A stretch of DNA of 64,000 nt, taken from positions 250,046,001-250,110,000 of the forward strand of contig OZ024741.1 of assembly GCA_964016885.1 (NCBI GenBank), written 5' to 3'. Shown one piece after another: positions 1-12,433 of this stretch; the stretch's first letter is position 1; the number at the start of each line of letters is the position of its first letter. A program made the position numbers and the translations under genes. This DNA comes from Eledone cirrhosa. Lineage: Eukaryota. Under the pieces are notes generated by a model. It ran no database searches and was not told the origin of the DNA. It saw only the letters and a program-made list of their open reading frames with translations.

Positions 1-124
1 TAATCTCCAGCCAGCCAAGGGGAGATAATTTGTAAAAAAATCAGGGGTAGATAATTTGTAAAAAAAAATCAGGGGGAGATAATTTGTAAAAAAAATCAGG
101 GGGAGATAATTTGTAAAAAAAATC

Positions 125-330
125 AGGGGTAGATAATTTCCAGCCGTCCAAGGGGAGATAATTTCCATCCTTCCAAGGGGAGATAATTTCCAGCCGTCCA
201 AGGGGAGATAATTTCCCGCCAGCCAAGGAGAGATAACATTTAAAAAAATCAGGCGGAGATAATTTGTAAAAAAAATCAGGGGGAGATAATTTGTAAAAAA
301 ATCAGGGGGAGATAATTTGTAAAAAAAATC
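125..330. repeat. Representative 206-bp B4A4 module
   Basis: AGGGGTAGATAATTTCC recurs at 125 and 331. Four B monomers (standard, CCATCCTTCC, standard, CCCGCCAGCC) plus four A monomers (AACATTTA7TCAGGCG, A8, A7, A8-GGGGTA). The same 206 offset appears in the ORF track (43728/43934; 58440/58646). Confidence 0.95.
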
Positions 331-886
331 AGGGGTAGATAATTTCCAGCCGTCCAAGGGGAGATAATTTCCATCCTTCCAAGGGGAGATAATTTCCAGC
401 CGTCCAAGGGGAGATAATTTCCCGCCAGCCAAGGAGAGATAATATTTAAAAAAATCAGGCGGAGATAATTTGAAAAAAAAATCAGGGGGAGATAATTTGT
501 AAAAAAATCAGGGGGAGATAATTTGTAAAAAAAAATCAGGGGAGATAATTTGTAAAAAAAATCAGGGGGTGATAATTTGTAAAAAAAATCAGGGGTAGAT
601 AATTTGTAAAAAAAAATCAGGGGGAGATAATTTGTAAAAAAAAAATCAGGGGGAGATAATTTGTAAAAAAATCAAGGGGAGATAATTTCCAACCGTCCAA
701 GGGGAGATAATTTTCAGCCGTCCAAGGAGGTAATTTCTAGCCGTCCAAGGGGAGATAATTTCCAGCCGTCCAAGGGGAGATAATTTTTTTAAAAAAATCA
801 GGCGGAGATAATTTGTAAACAAAAATCAGGGGGAGATAATTTGTAAAAAAAAATCAGGGGGAGATAATTTGTAAAAAAAATCAAGG

Positions 887-1110
887 GGAGATAATTTCCA
901 GCCGTCCAAGGGGAGGTAATATCTAGCCATCCAAAGGGAGATAATTTCCAGCCGTCCAAGGGGAGATAATTTCCAGCCGTCCAAGGGGAGATAATATCCA
1001 GCCGTCCAAGGAGACATATTTTCCAGCCGTCCAAGGAGAGGTAATTTCTAGCCGTCCAAGGGGAGATAAGTTCCAGCCTCCAAGGGGAGATAATTTCCAG
1101 CCAGCCAAGG
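887..1110. repeat. Representative B9 block (nine ordered B variants), the landmark of the ~1.26-kb HOR
   Basis: Fixed order: standard; GAGGTAATATCTAGCCATCC; standard; standard; ATATCC; GAGACATATTTT; GAGAGGTAATTTCTAG (or GAGACGT); 24-bp AAGTTCCAGCCTCC; CCAGCCAGCC. Recurs dozens of times across the window. Confidence 0.93.
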
Positions 1111-3970
1111 GGAGATAATTTGTAAAAAAATCAGGGGGAGATAATTTGTAAAAAAAAAATCAGGGGGAGATAATTTGTAAAAAAATCAGGGGGAGATAAT
1201 TTGTAAAAAAAAAATCAGGGGGAGATAATTTGTAGAAAAAATCAGGGGTTGATAATTTGTAAAAAAAATCAGGGGGAGATAATTTGTAAAAAAAATCAGG
1301 GGGAGATAATTTGTAAAAGAAATCAGGGGTAGATAATTTTCAGTCGTCCAAGGGGAGATAATTTCCATCCTTCCAAGGGGAGATAATTTCCAGCCGTCCA
1401 AGGGGAGATAATTTCCCGCCAGCCAAGGAGAGATAACATTTAAAAAAATCAGGCGGAGATAATTTGTAAAAAAAATCAGGGGGAGATAATTTGTAAAAAA
1501 ATCAGGGGGAGATAATTTGTAAAAAAAATCAGGGGTAGATAATTTCCAGCCGTCCAAGGGGAGATAATTTCCATCCTTCCAAGGGGAGATAATTTCCAGC
1601 CGTCCAAGGGGAGATAATTTCCCGCCAGCCAAGGAGAGATAATATTTAAAAAAATCAGGCGGAGATAATTTGTAAAAAAAATCAGGGGGAGATAATTTGT
1701 AAAAAAAAATCAGGGGGAGATAATTTGTAAAAAAAATCAGGGGGAGATAATTTGTAAAAAAAAATCAGGGGTAGATAATTTGTAAAAAAAAATCAGGGGG
1801 AGATAATTTGTAAAAAAAAATCAGGGGGAGATAATTTGTAAAAAAATCAAAGGGAGATAATTTCCAGCCGTCCAAGGGGAGATAATTTTCAGCCGTCCAA
1901 GGAGAGGTAATTTCTAGCCGTCCAAGGGGAGATAATTTCCAGCCGTCCAAGGGGAGATAATTTTTTTAAAAAAATCAGGCGGAGATAATTTGTAAACAAA
2001 AATCAGGGGGAGATAATTTGTAAAAAAAAATCAGGGGGAGATAATTTGTAAAAAAAAATCAGGGGGAGATAATTTGTAAAAAAAATCAAGGGGAGATAAT
2101 TTCCAGCCGTCCAAGGGGAGGTAATATCTAGCCATCCAAGGGGAGATAATTTCCAGCCGTCCAAGGGGAGATAATTTCCAGCCGTCCAAGGGGAGATAAT
2201 ATCCAGCCGTCCAAGGAGACATATTTTCCAGCCGTCCAAGGAGAGGTAATTTCTAGCCGTCCAAGGGGAGATAAGTTCCAGCCTCCAAGGGGAGATAATT
2301 TCCAGCCAGCCAAGGGGAGATAATTTGTAAAAAAATCAGGGGGAGATAATTTGTAAAAAAAAAATCAGGGGGAGATAATTTGTAAAAAAATCAGGGGGAG
2401 ATAATTTGTAAAAAAAAATCAGGGGGAGATAATTTGTAAAAAAAATCAGGGGGAGATAATTTGTAAAAAAAATCAGGGGTAGATAATTTGTAAAAAAAAT
2501 CAGGGGGAGATAATTTGTAAAAAAATCAGGGGGAGATAATTTGTAAAAAAAATCAGGGGTAGATAATTTCCAGCCGTCCAAGGGGAGATAATTTCCATCC
2601 TTCCAAGGGGAGATAATTTCCAGCCGTCCAAGGGGAGATAATTTCCCGCCAGCCAAGGAGAGATAATATTTAAAAAAATCAGGCGGAGATAATTTGTAAA
2701 AAAAATCAGGGGGAGATAATTTGTAAAAAAATCAGGCGGAGATAATTTGTAAAAAAAAATCAGGGGGAGATAATTTGTAAAAAAAATCAGGGGGAGATAA
2801 TTTGTAAAAAAAAATCAGGGGTAGATAATTTGTAAAAAAAAATCAGGGGGAGATAATTTGTAAAAAAATCAAGGGGAGATAATTTCCAGCCGTCCAAGGG
2901 GAGATAATTTTCAGCCGTCCAAGGAGAGGTAATTTCTAGCCGTCCAAGGGGAGATAATTTCCAGCCGTCCAAGGGGAGATAATTTTTTAAAAAAATCAGG
3001 CGGAGATAATTTGTAAACAAAAATCAGGGGGAGATAATTTGTAAAAAAAAATCAGGGGGAGATAATTTGTAAAAAAAAATCAGGGGGAGATAATTTGTAA
3101 AAAAAATCAAGGGGAGATAATTTCCAGCCGTCCAAGGGGAGGTAATATCTAGCCATCCAAGGGGAGATAATTTCCAGCCGTCCAAGGGGAGATAATTTCC
3201 AGCCGTCCAAGGGGAGATAATATCCAGCCGTCCAAGGAGACATATTTTCCAGCCGTCCAAGGAGACGTAATTTCTAGCCGTCCAAGGGGAGATAAGTTCC
3301 AGCCTCCAAGGGGAGATAATTTCCAGCCAGCCAAGGGGAGATAATTTGTAAAAAAATTAGGGGGAGATAATTTGTAAAAAAAAATTAGGGGGAGATAATT
3401 TGTAAAAAAAAATCAGGGGGAGATAATTTGTAAAAAAAAATCAGGGGGAGATAATTTGTAAAAAAAATCAAGGGGAGATAATTTCCAGCCGTCCAAGGGG
3501 AGATAATTTTCAGCCGTCCAAGGAGAGGTAAATTCTAGCCGTCCAAGGAGATATAATTTCCAGCCGTCCAAGGGGAGATAATTTCCAGCCGTCCAAGGGG
3601 AGATAATTTTTAAAAAAAAATCAGGCGGAGATAATTTGTAAACAAAAATCAGGGGGAGATAATTTTTAAAAAAAAATCAGGGGGAGATAATTTGTAAAAA
3701 AAAATCAGGGGGAGATAATTTGTAAAAAAAATCAAGGGGAGATAATTTCCAGCCGTCCAAGGGGAGGTAATATCTAGCCATCCAAGGGGAGATAATTTCC
3801 AGCCGTCCAAGGGGAGATAATTTCCAGCCGTCCAAGGGGAGATAATATCCAGCCGTCCAAGGAGACATATTTTCCAGCCGTCCAAGGAGAGGTAATTTCT
3901 AGCCGTCCAAGGGGAGATAAGTTCCAGCCTCCAAGGGGAGATAATTTCCAGCCAGCCAAGGGGAGATAAT

Positions 3971-4180
3971 TTGTAAAAAATATCAAGGGGAGATAATTTC
4001 CAGCCCTCCAAGGGGTTATAATTTCCAGCCGTGCAAGGGGAGATAATTTCCAGCCGTCCAAGGGGAGATAATTTCCATCCTTCCAAGGGGAGATAATTTC
4101 CAGCCGTCCAAGGGGAGATAATTTCCCGCCAGCCAAGGGAAGATAATTTTTTAAAAAATCAGGCGGAGATTGTAAAAAAA
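3971..4180. repeat. Rare B6 variant module (8 copies seen)
   Basis: AAAAAATATCAAG-CCCTCC-GGGG(C/T)TATAA-GTGCAA...GGGAAGAT...GGCGGAGATTGT. Also at ~6001, 18761, 23171, 31611, 33631, 55791 and 61841. Confidence 0.9.
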
Positions 4181-7100
4181 ATCAGGGGGAGATAATTTGT
4201 AAAAAAAATCAGGGGGAGATAATTTGTAAAAAAAATCAGGGGGAGATAATTTGTAAAAAAAATCAGGGGTAGATAATTTTCAGCCGTCCAAGGGGAGATA
4301 ATTTCCATCCTTCCAAGGGGAGATAATTTCCAGCCGTCCAAGGGGAGATAATTTCCAGCCAGCCAAGGAGAGATAACATTTAAAAAAATCAGGCGGAGAT
4401 AATTTGTAAAAAAAATCAGGGGGAGATAATTTGTAAAAAAATCAGGGGGAGATAATTTGTAAAAAAAATCAGGGGTAGATAATTTCCAGCCGTCCAAGGG
4501 GAGATAATTTCCATCCTTCCAAGGGGAGATAATTTCCAGCCGTCCAAGGGGAGATAATTTCCCGCCAGCCAAGGAGAGATAATATTTAAAAAAATCAGGC
4601 GGAGATAATTTGTAAAAAAAATCAGGGGGAGATAATTTGTAAAAAAATCAGGGGGAGATAATTTGTAAAAAAAAATCAGGGGGAGATAATTTGTAAAAAA
4701 AATCAGGGGGAGATAATTTGTAAAAAAAAATCAGGGGTAGATAATTTGTAAAAAAAAATCAGGGGGAGATAATTTGTAAAAAAAAAATCAGGGGGAGATA
4801 ATTTGTAAAAAAATCAAGGGGAGATAATTTCCAGCCGTCCAAGGGGAGATAATTTTCAGCCGTCCAAGGAGAGGTAATTTCTAGCCGTCCAAGGGGAGAT
4901 AATTTCCAGCCGTCCAAGGGGAGATAATTTTTTTAAAAAAATCAGGCGGAGATAATTTGTAAACAAAAATCAGGGGGAGATAATTTGTAAAAAAAAATCA
5001 GGGGGAGATAATTTGTAAAAAAAAATCAGGGGGAGATAATTTGTAAAAAAAATCAAGGGGAGATAATTTCCAGCCGTCCAAGGGGAGGTAATATCTAGCC
5101 ATCCAAGGGGAGATAATTTCCAGCCGTCCAAGGGGAGATAATTTCCAGCCGTCCAAGGGGAGATAATATCCAGCCGTCCAAGGAGACATATTTTCCAGCC
5201 GTCCAAGGAGACGTAATTTCTAGCCGTCCAAGGGGAGATAAGTTCCAGCCTCCAAGGGGAGATAATTTCCAGCCAGCCAAGGGGAGATAATTTGTAAAAA
5301 AATTAGGGGGAGATAATTTGTAAAAAAAAATTAGGGGGAGATAATTTGTAAAAAAAATCAGGGGGAGATAATTTGTAAAAAAAAATCAGGGGGAGATAAT
5401 TTGTAAAAAAAATCAAGGGGAGATAATTTCCAGCCGTCCAAGGGGAGATAATTTTCAGCCGTCCAAGGAGAGGTAAATTCTAGCCGTCCAAGGAGATATA
5501 ATTTCCAGCCGTCCAAGGGGAGATAATTTCCAGCCGTCCAAGGGGAGATAATTTTTTTAAAAAAATCAGGCGGAGATAATTTGTAAACAAAAATCAGGGG
5601 GAGATAATTTTTTAAAAAAAATCAGGGGGAGATAATTTGTAAAAAAAAATCAGGGGGAGATAATTTGTAAAAAAAATCAAGGGGAGATAATTTCCAGCCG
5701 TCCAAGGGGAGGTAATATCTAGCCATCCAAGGGGAGATAATTTCCAGCCGTCCAAGGGGAGATAATTTCCAGCCGTCCAAGGGGAGATAATATCCAGCCG
5801 TCCAAGGAGACATATTTTCCAGCCGTCCAAGGAGAGGTAATTTCTAGCCGTCCAAGGGGAGATAAGTTCCAGCCTCCAAGGGGAGATAATTTCCAGCCAG
5901 CCAAGGGGAGATAATTTGTAAAAAAATCAGGGGGGAGATAATTTGTAAAAAAAATCAGGGGGAGATAATTTGAAAAAAAAATCAGGGGGAGATAATTTGT
6001 AAAAAATATCAAGGGGAGATAATTTCCAGCCCTCCAAGGGGCTATAATTTCCAGCCGTGCAAGGGGAGATAATTTCCAGCCGTCCAAGGGGAGATAATTT
6101 CCATCCTTCCAAGGGGAGATAATTTCCAGCCGTCCAAGGGGAGATAATTTCCCGCCAGCCAAGGGAAGATATTTTTTAAAAAATCAGGCGGAGATTGTAA
6201 AAAAAATCAGGGGGAGATAATTTGTAAAAAAATCAGGGGGAGATAATTTGTAAAAAAAAAATCAGGGGGAGATAATTTGTAAAAAAAAATCAGGGGGAGA
6301 TAATTTGTAAAAAAAATCAGGGGGAGATAATTTGTAAAAAAAATCAGGGGTAGATAATTTGTAAAAAAAATCAGGGGGAGATAATTTCCAGCCGTCCAAG
6401 GGGAGATAATTTCCATCCTTCCAAGGGGAGATAATTTCCAGCCGTCCAAGGGGAGATAATTTCCCGCCAGCCAAGGAGAGATAATATTTAAAAAAATCAG
6501 GCGGAGATAATTTGTAAAAAAAATCAGGGGGAGATAATTTGTAAAAAAATCAGGGGGAGATAATTTGTAAAAAAAAATCAGGGGGAGATAATTTGTAAAA
6601 AAAAATCAGGGGGAGATAATTTGTAAAAAAAAATCAGGGGTAGATAATTTGTAAAAAAAAATCAGGGTGAGATAATTTGTAAAAGAAAAATCAGGGGGAG
6701 ATAATTTGTAAAAAAATCAAGGGGAGATAATTTCCAGCCGTCCAAGGGGAGATAATTTTCAGCCGTCCAAGGAGAGGTAATTTCTAGCCGTCCAAGGGGA
6801 GATAATTTCCAGCCGTCCAAGGGGAGATAATTTTTTTAAAAAAATCAGGCGGAGATAATTTGTAAACAAAAATCAGGGGGAGATAATTTGTAAAAAAAAA
6901 TCAGGGGGAGATAATTTGTAAAAAAAAATCAGGGGGAGATAATTTGTAAAAAAAATCAAGGGGAGATAATTTGTCAAAAAAAATCAGGGGTAGATAATTT
7001 GTAAAAAAAAATCAGGGGGAGATAATTTGTAAAAAAAAAATCAGGGGGAGATAATTTGTAAAAAAATCAAGGGGAGATAATTTCCAGCCGTCCAAGGGGA

Positions 7101-10100
7101 GATAATTTTCAGCCGTCCAAGGAGAGGTAATTTCTAGCCGTCCAAGGGGAGATAATTTCCAGCCAGCCAAGGGGAGATAATTTGTAAAAAAATCAGGGGT
7201 AGATAATTTGTAAAAAAAAATCAGGGGGAGATAATTTGTAAAAAAAATCAGGGGGAGATAATTTGTAAAAAAAATCAGGGGTAGATAATTTCCAGCCGTC
7301 CAAGGGGAGATAATTTCCATCCTTCCAAGGGGAGATAATTTCCAGCCGTCCAAGGGGAGATAATTTCCCGCCAGCCAAGGAGAGATAACATTTAAAAAAA
7401 TCAGGCGGAGATAATTTGTAAAAAAAATCAGGGGGAGATAATTTGTAAAAAAATCAGGGGGAGATAATTTGTAAAAAAAATCAGGGGTAGATAATTTCCA
7501 GCCGTCCAAGGGGAGATAATTTCCATCCTTCCAAGGGGAGATAATTTCCAGCCGTCCAAGGGGAGATAATTTCCCGCCAGCCAAGGAGAGATAATATTTA
7601 AAAAAATCAGGCGGAGATAATTTGTAAAAAAAATCAGGGGGAGATAATTTGTAAAAAAATCAGGGGGAGATAATTTGTAAAAAAAAATCAGGGGAGATAA
7701 TTTGTAAAAAAAATCAGGGGGAGATAATTTGTAAAAAAAAATCAGGGGTAGATAATTTGTAAAAAAAAATCAGGGGGAGATAATTTGTAAAAAAATAATC
7801 AGGGGGAGATAATTCGTAAAAAAATCAAGGGGAGATAATTTCCAGCCGTCCAAGGGGAGATAATTTTCAGCCGTCCAAGGAGGTAATTTCTAGCCGTCCA
7901 AGGGGAGATAATTTCCAGCCGTCCAAGGGGAGATAATTTTTTTAAAAAAATCAGGCGGAGATAATTTGTAAACAAAAATCAGGGGGAGATAATTTGTAAA
8001 AAAAAATCAGGGGGAGATAATTTGTAAAAAAAAATCAGGGGGAGATAATTTGTAAAAAAAATCAAGGGGAGATAATTTCCAGCCGTCCAAGGGGAGGTAA
8101 TATCTAGCCATCCAAGGGGAGATAATTTCCAGCCGTCCAAGGGGAGATAATTTCCAGCCGTCCAAGGGGAGATAATATCCAGCCGTCCAAGGAGACATAT
8201 TTTCCAGCCGTCCAAGGAGAGGTAATTTCTAGCCGTCCAAGGGGAGATAAGTTCCAGCCTCCAAGGGGAGATAATTTCCAGCCAGCCAAGGGGAGATAAT
8301 TTGTAAAAAAATCAGGGGGAGATAATTTGTAAAAAAAAAATCAGGGGCAGATAATTTGTAAAAAAATCAGGGGGAGATAATTTGTAAAAAAAATCAGGGG
8401 GAGATAATTTGTAGAAAAAATCAGGGGTAGATAATTTGTAAAAAAAATCAGGGGGAGATAATTTGTAAAAAAAATCAGGGGGAGATAATTTGTAAAAAAA
8501 ATCAGGGGTAGATAATTTTCAGCCGTCCAAGGGGAGATAATTTCCATCCTTCCAAGGGGAGATAATTTCCAGCCGTCCAAGGGGAGATAATTTCCCGCCA
8601 GCCAAGGAGAGATAACATTTTAAAAAATCAGGCGGAGATAATTTGTAAAAAAAATCAGGGGGAGATAATTTGTAAAAAAATCAGGGGGAGATAATTTGTA
8701 AAAAAAATCAGGGGTAGATAATTTCCAGCCGTCCAAGGGGAGATAATTTCCATCCTTCCATGGGGAGATAATTTCCAGCCGTCCAAGGGGAGATAATTTC
8801 CCGCCAGCCAAGGAGAGATAATATTTAAAAAAATCAGGCGGAGATAATTTGTAAAAAAAATCAGGTGGAGATAATTTGTAAAAAAATCAGGGGGAGATAA
8901 TTTGTAAAAAAAAATCAGGGGGAGATAATTTGTAAAAAAAATCAGGGGGAGATAATTTGTAAAAAAAATCAGGGGTAGATAATTTGTAAAAAAAAAATCA
9001 GGGGGAGATAATTTGTAAAAAAAAAATCAGGGGGAGATAATTTGTAAAAAAATCAAGGGGAGATAATTTCCAGCCGTCCAAGGGGAGATAATTTTCAGCC
9101 GTCCAAGGAGAGGTAATTTCTAGCCGTCCAAGGGGAGATAATTTCCAGCCGTCCAAGGGGAGATAATTTTTTTAAAAAAATCAGGCGGAGATAATTTGTA
9201 AACAAAAATCAGGGGGAGATAATTTGTAAAAAAAAATCAGGGGGAGATAATTTGTAAAAAAAAATCAGGGGGAGATAATTTGTAAAAAAAATCAAGGGGA
9301 GATAATTTCCAGCCGTCCAAGGGGAGGTAATATCTAGCCATCCAAGGGGAGATAATTTCCAGCCGTCCAAGGGGAGATATTTTCCAGCCGTCCAAGGAGA
9401 GGTAATTTCTAGCCGTCCAAGGGGAGATAAGTTCCTGCCTCCAAGGGGAGATAATTTCCAGCCAGCCAAGGGGAGATAATTTGTAAAAAAATCAGGGGGA
9501 GATAATTTGTAAAAAAAAAATCAGGGGGAGATAATTTGTAAAAAAATCAGGGGGAGATAATTTGTAAAAAAAAAATCAGGGGGAGATAATTTGTAAAAAA
9601 AATCAGGGGGAGATAATTTGTAAAAAAAATCAGGGGTAGATAATTTGTAAAAAAAATCAGGGGGAGATAATTTGTAAAAAAAATCAGGGGGAGATAATTT
9701 GTAAAAAAAATCAGGGGTAGATAATTTTCAGCCCTCCAAGGGGAGATAATTTCCAGCCGTCCAAGGGGAGATAATTTCCCGCCAGCCAAGGAGAGATAAC
9801 ATTTAAAAAAATCAGGCGGAGATAATTTGTAAAAAAAATCAGGGGGAGATAATTTGTAAAAAAATTAGGGGGAGATAATTTGTAAAAAAAATCAGGGGTA
9901 GATAATTTCCAGCCGTCCAAGGGGAGATAATTTCCATCCTTCCAAGGGGAGATAATTTCCAGCCGTCCAAGGGGAGATAATTTCCCGCCAGCCAAGGAGA
10001 GATAATATTTAAAAAAATCAGGCGGAGATAATTTGTAAAAAAAATCAGGGGGAGATAATTTGTAAAAAAATCAGGGGGAGATAATTTGTAAAAAAAAATC

Positions 10101-12433
10101 AGGGGGAGATAATTTGTAAAAAAAATCAGGGGGAGATAATTTGTAAAAAAAAATCAGGGGTAGATAATTTGTAAAAAAAAATCAGGGGGAGATAATTTGT
10201 AAAAAAAAATCAGGGGGAGATAATTTGTAAAAAAATCAAGGGGAGATAATTTCCAGCCGTCCAAGGGGAGATAATTTTCAGCCGTCCAAGGAGAGGTAAT
10301 TTCTAGCCGTCCAAGGGGAGAGAATTTCCAGCCGTCCAAGGGGAGATAATTTTTTTAAAAAAATCAGGCGGAGATAATTTGTAAACAAAAATCAGGGGGA
10401 GATAATTTGTAAAAAAAAATCAGGGGGAGATAATTTGTAAAAAAAAATCAGGGGGAGATAATTTGTAAAAAAAATCAAGGGGAGATAATTTCCAGCCGTC
10501 CAAGGGGAGGTAATATCTAGCCATCCAAGGGGAGATAATTTCCAGCCGTCCAAGGGGAGATAATTTCCAGCCGTCCAAGGGGAGATAATATCCAGCCGTC
10601 CAAGGAGACATATTTTCCAGCCGTCCAAGGAGACGTAATTTCTAGCCGTCCAAGGGGAGATAAGTTCCAGCCTCCAAGGGGAGATAATTTCCAGCCAGCC
10701 AAGGGGAGATAATTTGTAAAAAAATTAGGGGGAGATAATTTGTAAAAAAAAATTAGGGGGAGATAATTTGTAAAAAAAAATCAGGGGGAGATAATTTGTA
10801 AAAAAAAATCAGGGGGAGATAATTTGTAAAAAAAAATCAGGGGGAGATAATTTGTAAAAAAAAAATCAGGCGGAGATAATTTGTAAAAAAATCAAGGGGA
10901 GATAATTTCCAGCCGTCCAAGGGGAGATAATTTTCAGCCGTCCAAGGAGAGGTAATTTCTAGCCGTCCAAGGGGAGATAATTTCCAGCCGTCCAAGGGGA
11001 GATAATTTTTTTAAAAAAATCAGGCGGAGATAATTTGTAAACAAAAATCAGGGGGAGATAATTTGTAAAAAAAAATCAGGGGGAGATAATTTGTAAAAAA
11101 AATCAGGGGGAGATAATTTGTAAAAAAAATCAAGGGGAGATAATTTGTAAAAAAAAATCAGGGGTAGATAATTTGTAAAAAAAAATCAGGGGGAGATAAT
11201 TTGTAAAAAAAAATCAGGGGGAGATAATTTGTAAAAAAATCAAGGGGAGATAATTTCCAGCCGTCCAAGGGGAGATAATTTTCAGCCGTCCAAGGAGAGG
11301 TAATTTCTAGCCGTCCAAGGGGAGATAATTTCCATCCAGCCAAGGGGAGATAATTTGTAAAAAAATCAGGGGTAGATAATTTGTAAAAAAAAATCAGGGG
11401 GAGATAATTTGTAAAAAAAATCAGGGGGAGATAATTTGTAAAAAAAATCAGGGGTAGATAATTTCCAGCCGTCCAAGGGGGGATAATTTCCATCCTTCCA
11501 AGGGGAGATAATTTCCAGCCGTCCAAGGGGAGATAATTTCCCGCCAGCCAAGGAGAGATAACATTTAAAAAAATCAGGCGGAGATAATTTGTAAAAAAAA
11601 TCAGGGGGAGATAATTTGTAAAAAAATCAGGGGGAGATAATTTGTAAAAAAAATCAGGGGTAGATAATTTCCAGCCGTCCAAGGGGAGATAATTTCCATC
11701 CTTCCAAGGGGAGATAATTTCCAGCCGTCCAAGGGGAGATAATTTCCCGCCAGCCAAGGAGAGATAATATTTAAAAAAATCAGGCGGTGATAATTTGTAA
11801 AAAAAATCAGGGGGAGATAATTTGTAAAAAAATCAGGGGGAGATAATTTGTAAAAAAAAATCAGGGGAGATAATTTGTAAAAAAAATCAGGGGGTGATAA
11901 TTTGTAAAAAAAATCAGGGGTAGATAATTTGTAAAAAAAAATCAGGGGGAGATAATTTGTAAAAAAAAAATCAGGGGGAGATAATTTGTAAAAAAATCAA
12001 GGGGAGATAATTTCCAACCGTCCAAGGGGAGATAATTTTCAGCCGTCCAAGGAGGTAATTTCTAGCCGTCCAAGGGGAGATAATTTCCAGCCGTCCAAGG
12101 GGAGATAATTTTTTTAAAAAAATCAGGCGGAGATAATTTGTAAACAAAAATCAGGGGGAGATAATTTGTAAAAAAAAATCAGGGGGAGATAATTTGTAAA
12201 AAAAATCGAGGGGAGATAATTTCCAGCCGTCCAAGGGGAGGTAATATCTAGCCATCCAAAGGGAGATAATTTCCAGCCGTCCAAGGGGAGATAATTTCCA
12301 GCCGTCCAAGGGGAGATAATATCCAGCCGTCCAAGGAGACATATTTTCCAGCCGTCCAAGGAGAGGTAATTTCTAGCCGTCCAAGGGGAGATAAGTTCCA
12401 GCCTCCAAGGGGAGATAATTTCCAGCCAGCCAA

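Noticed and set aside
781-810. Terminator- or promoter-like T/A tracts and short hairpins (T7A7; CCTT-CC-AAGG)
   Set aside because: There is no GC-rich stem followed by a U-tract and no gene context; these are monomer variants.
3356-3392. TTAGGG telomere-like hexamers
   Set aside because: Isolated C-to-T variants of TCAGGG in A monomers; never tandem.
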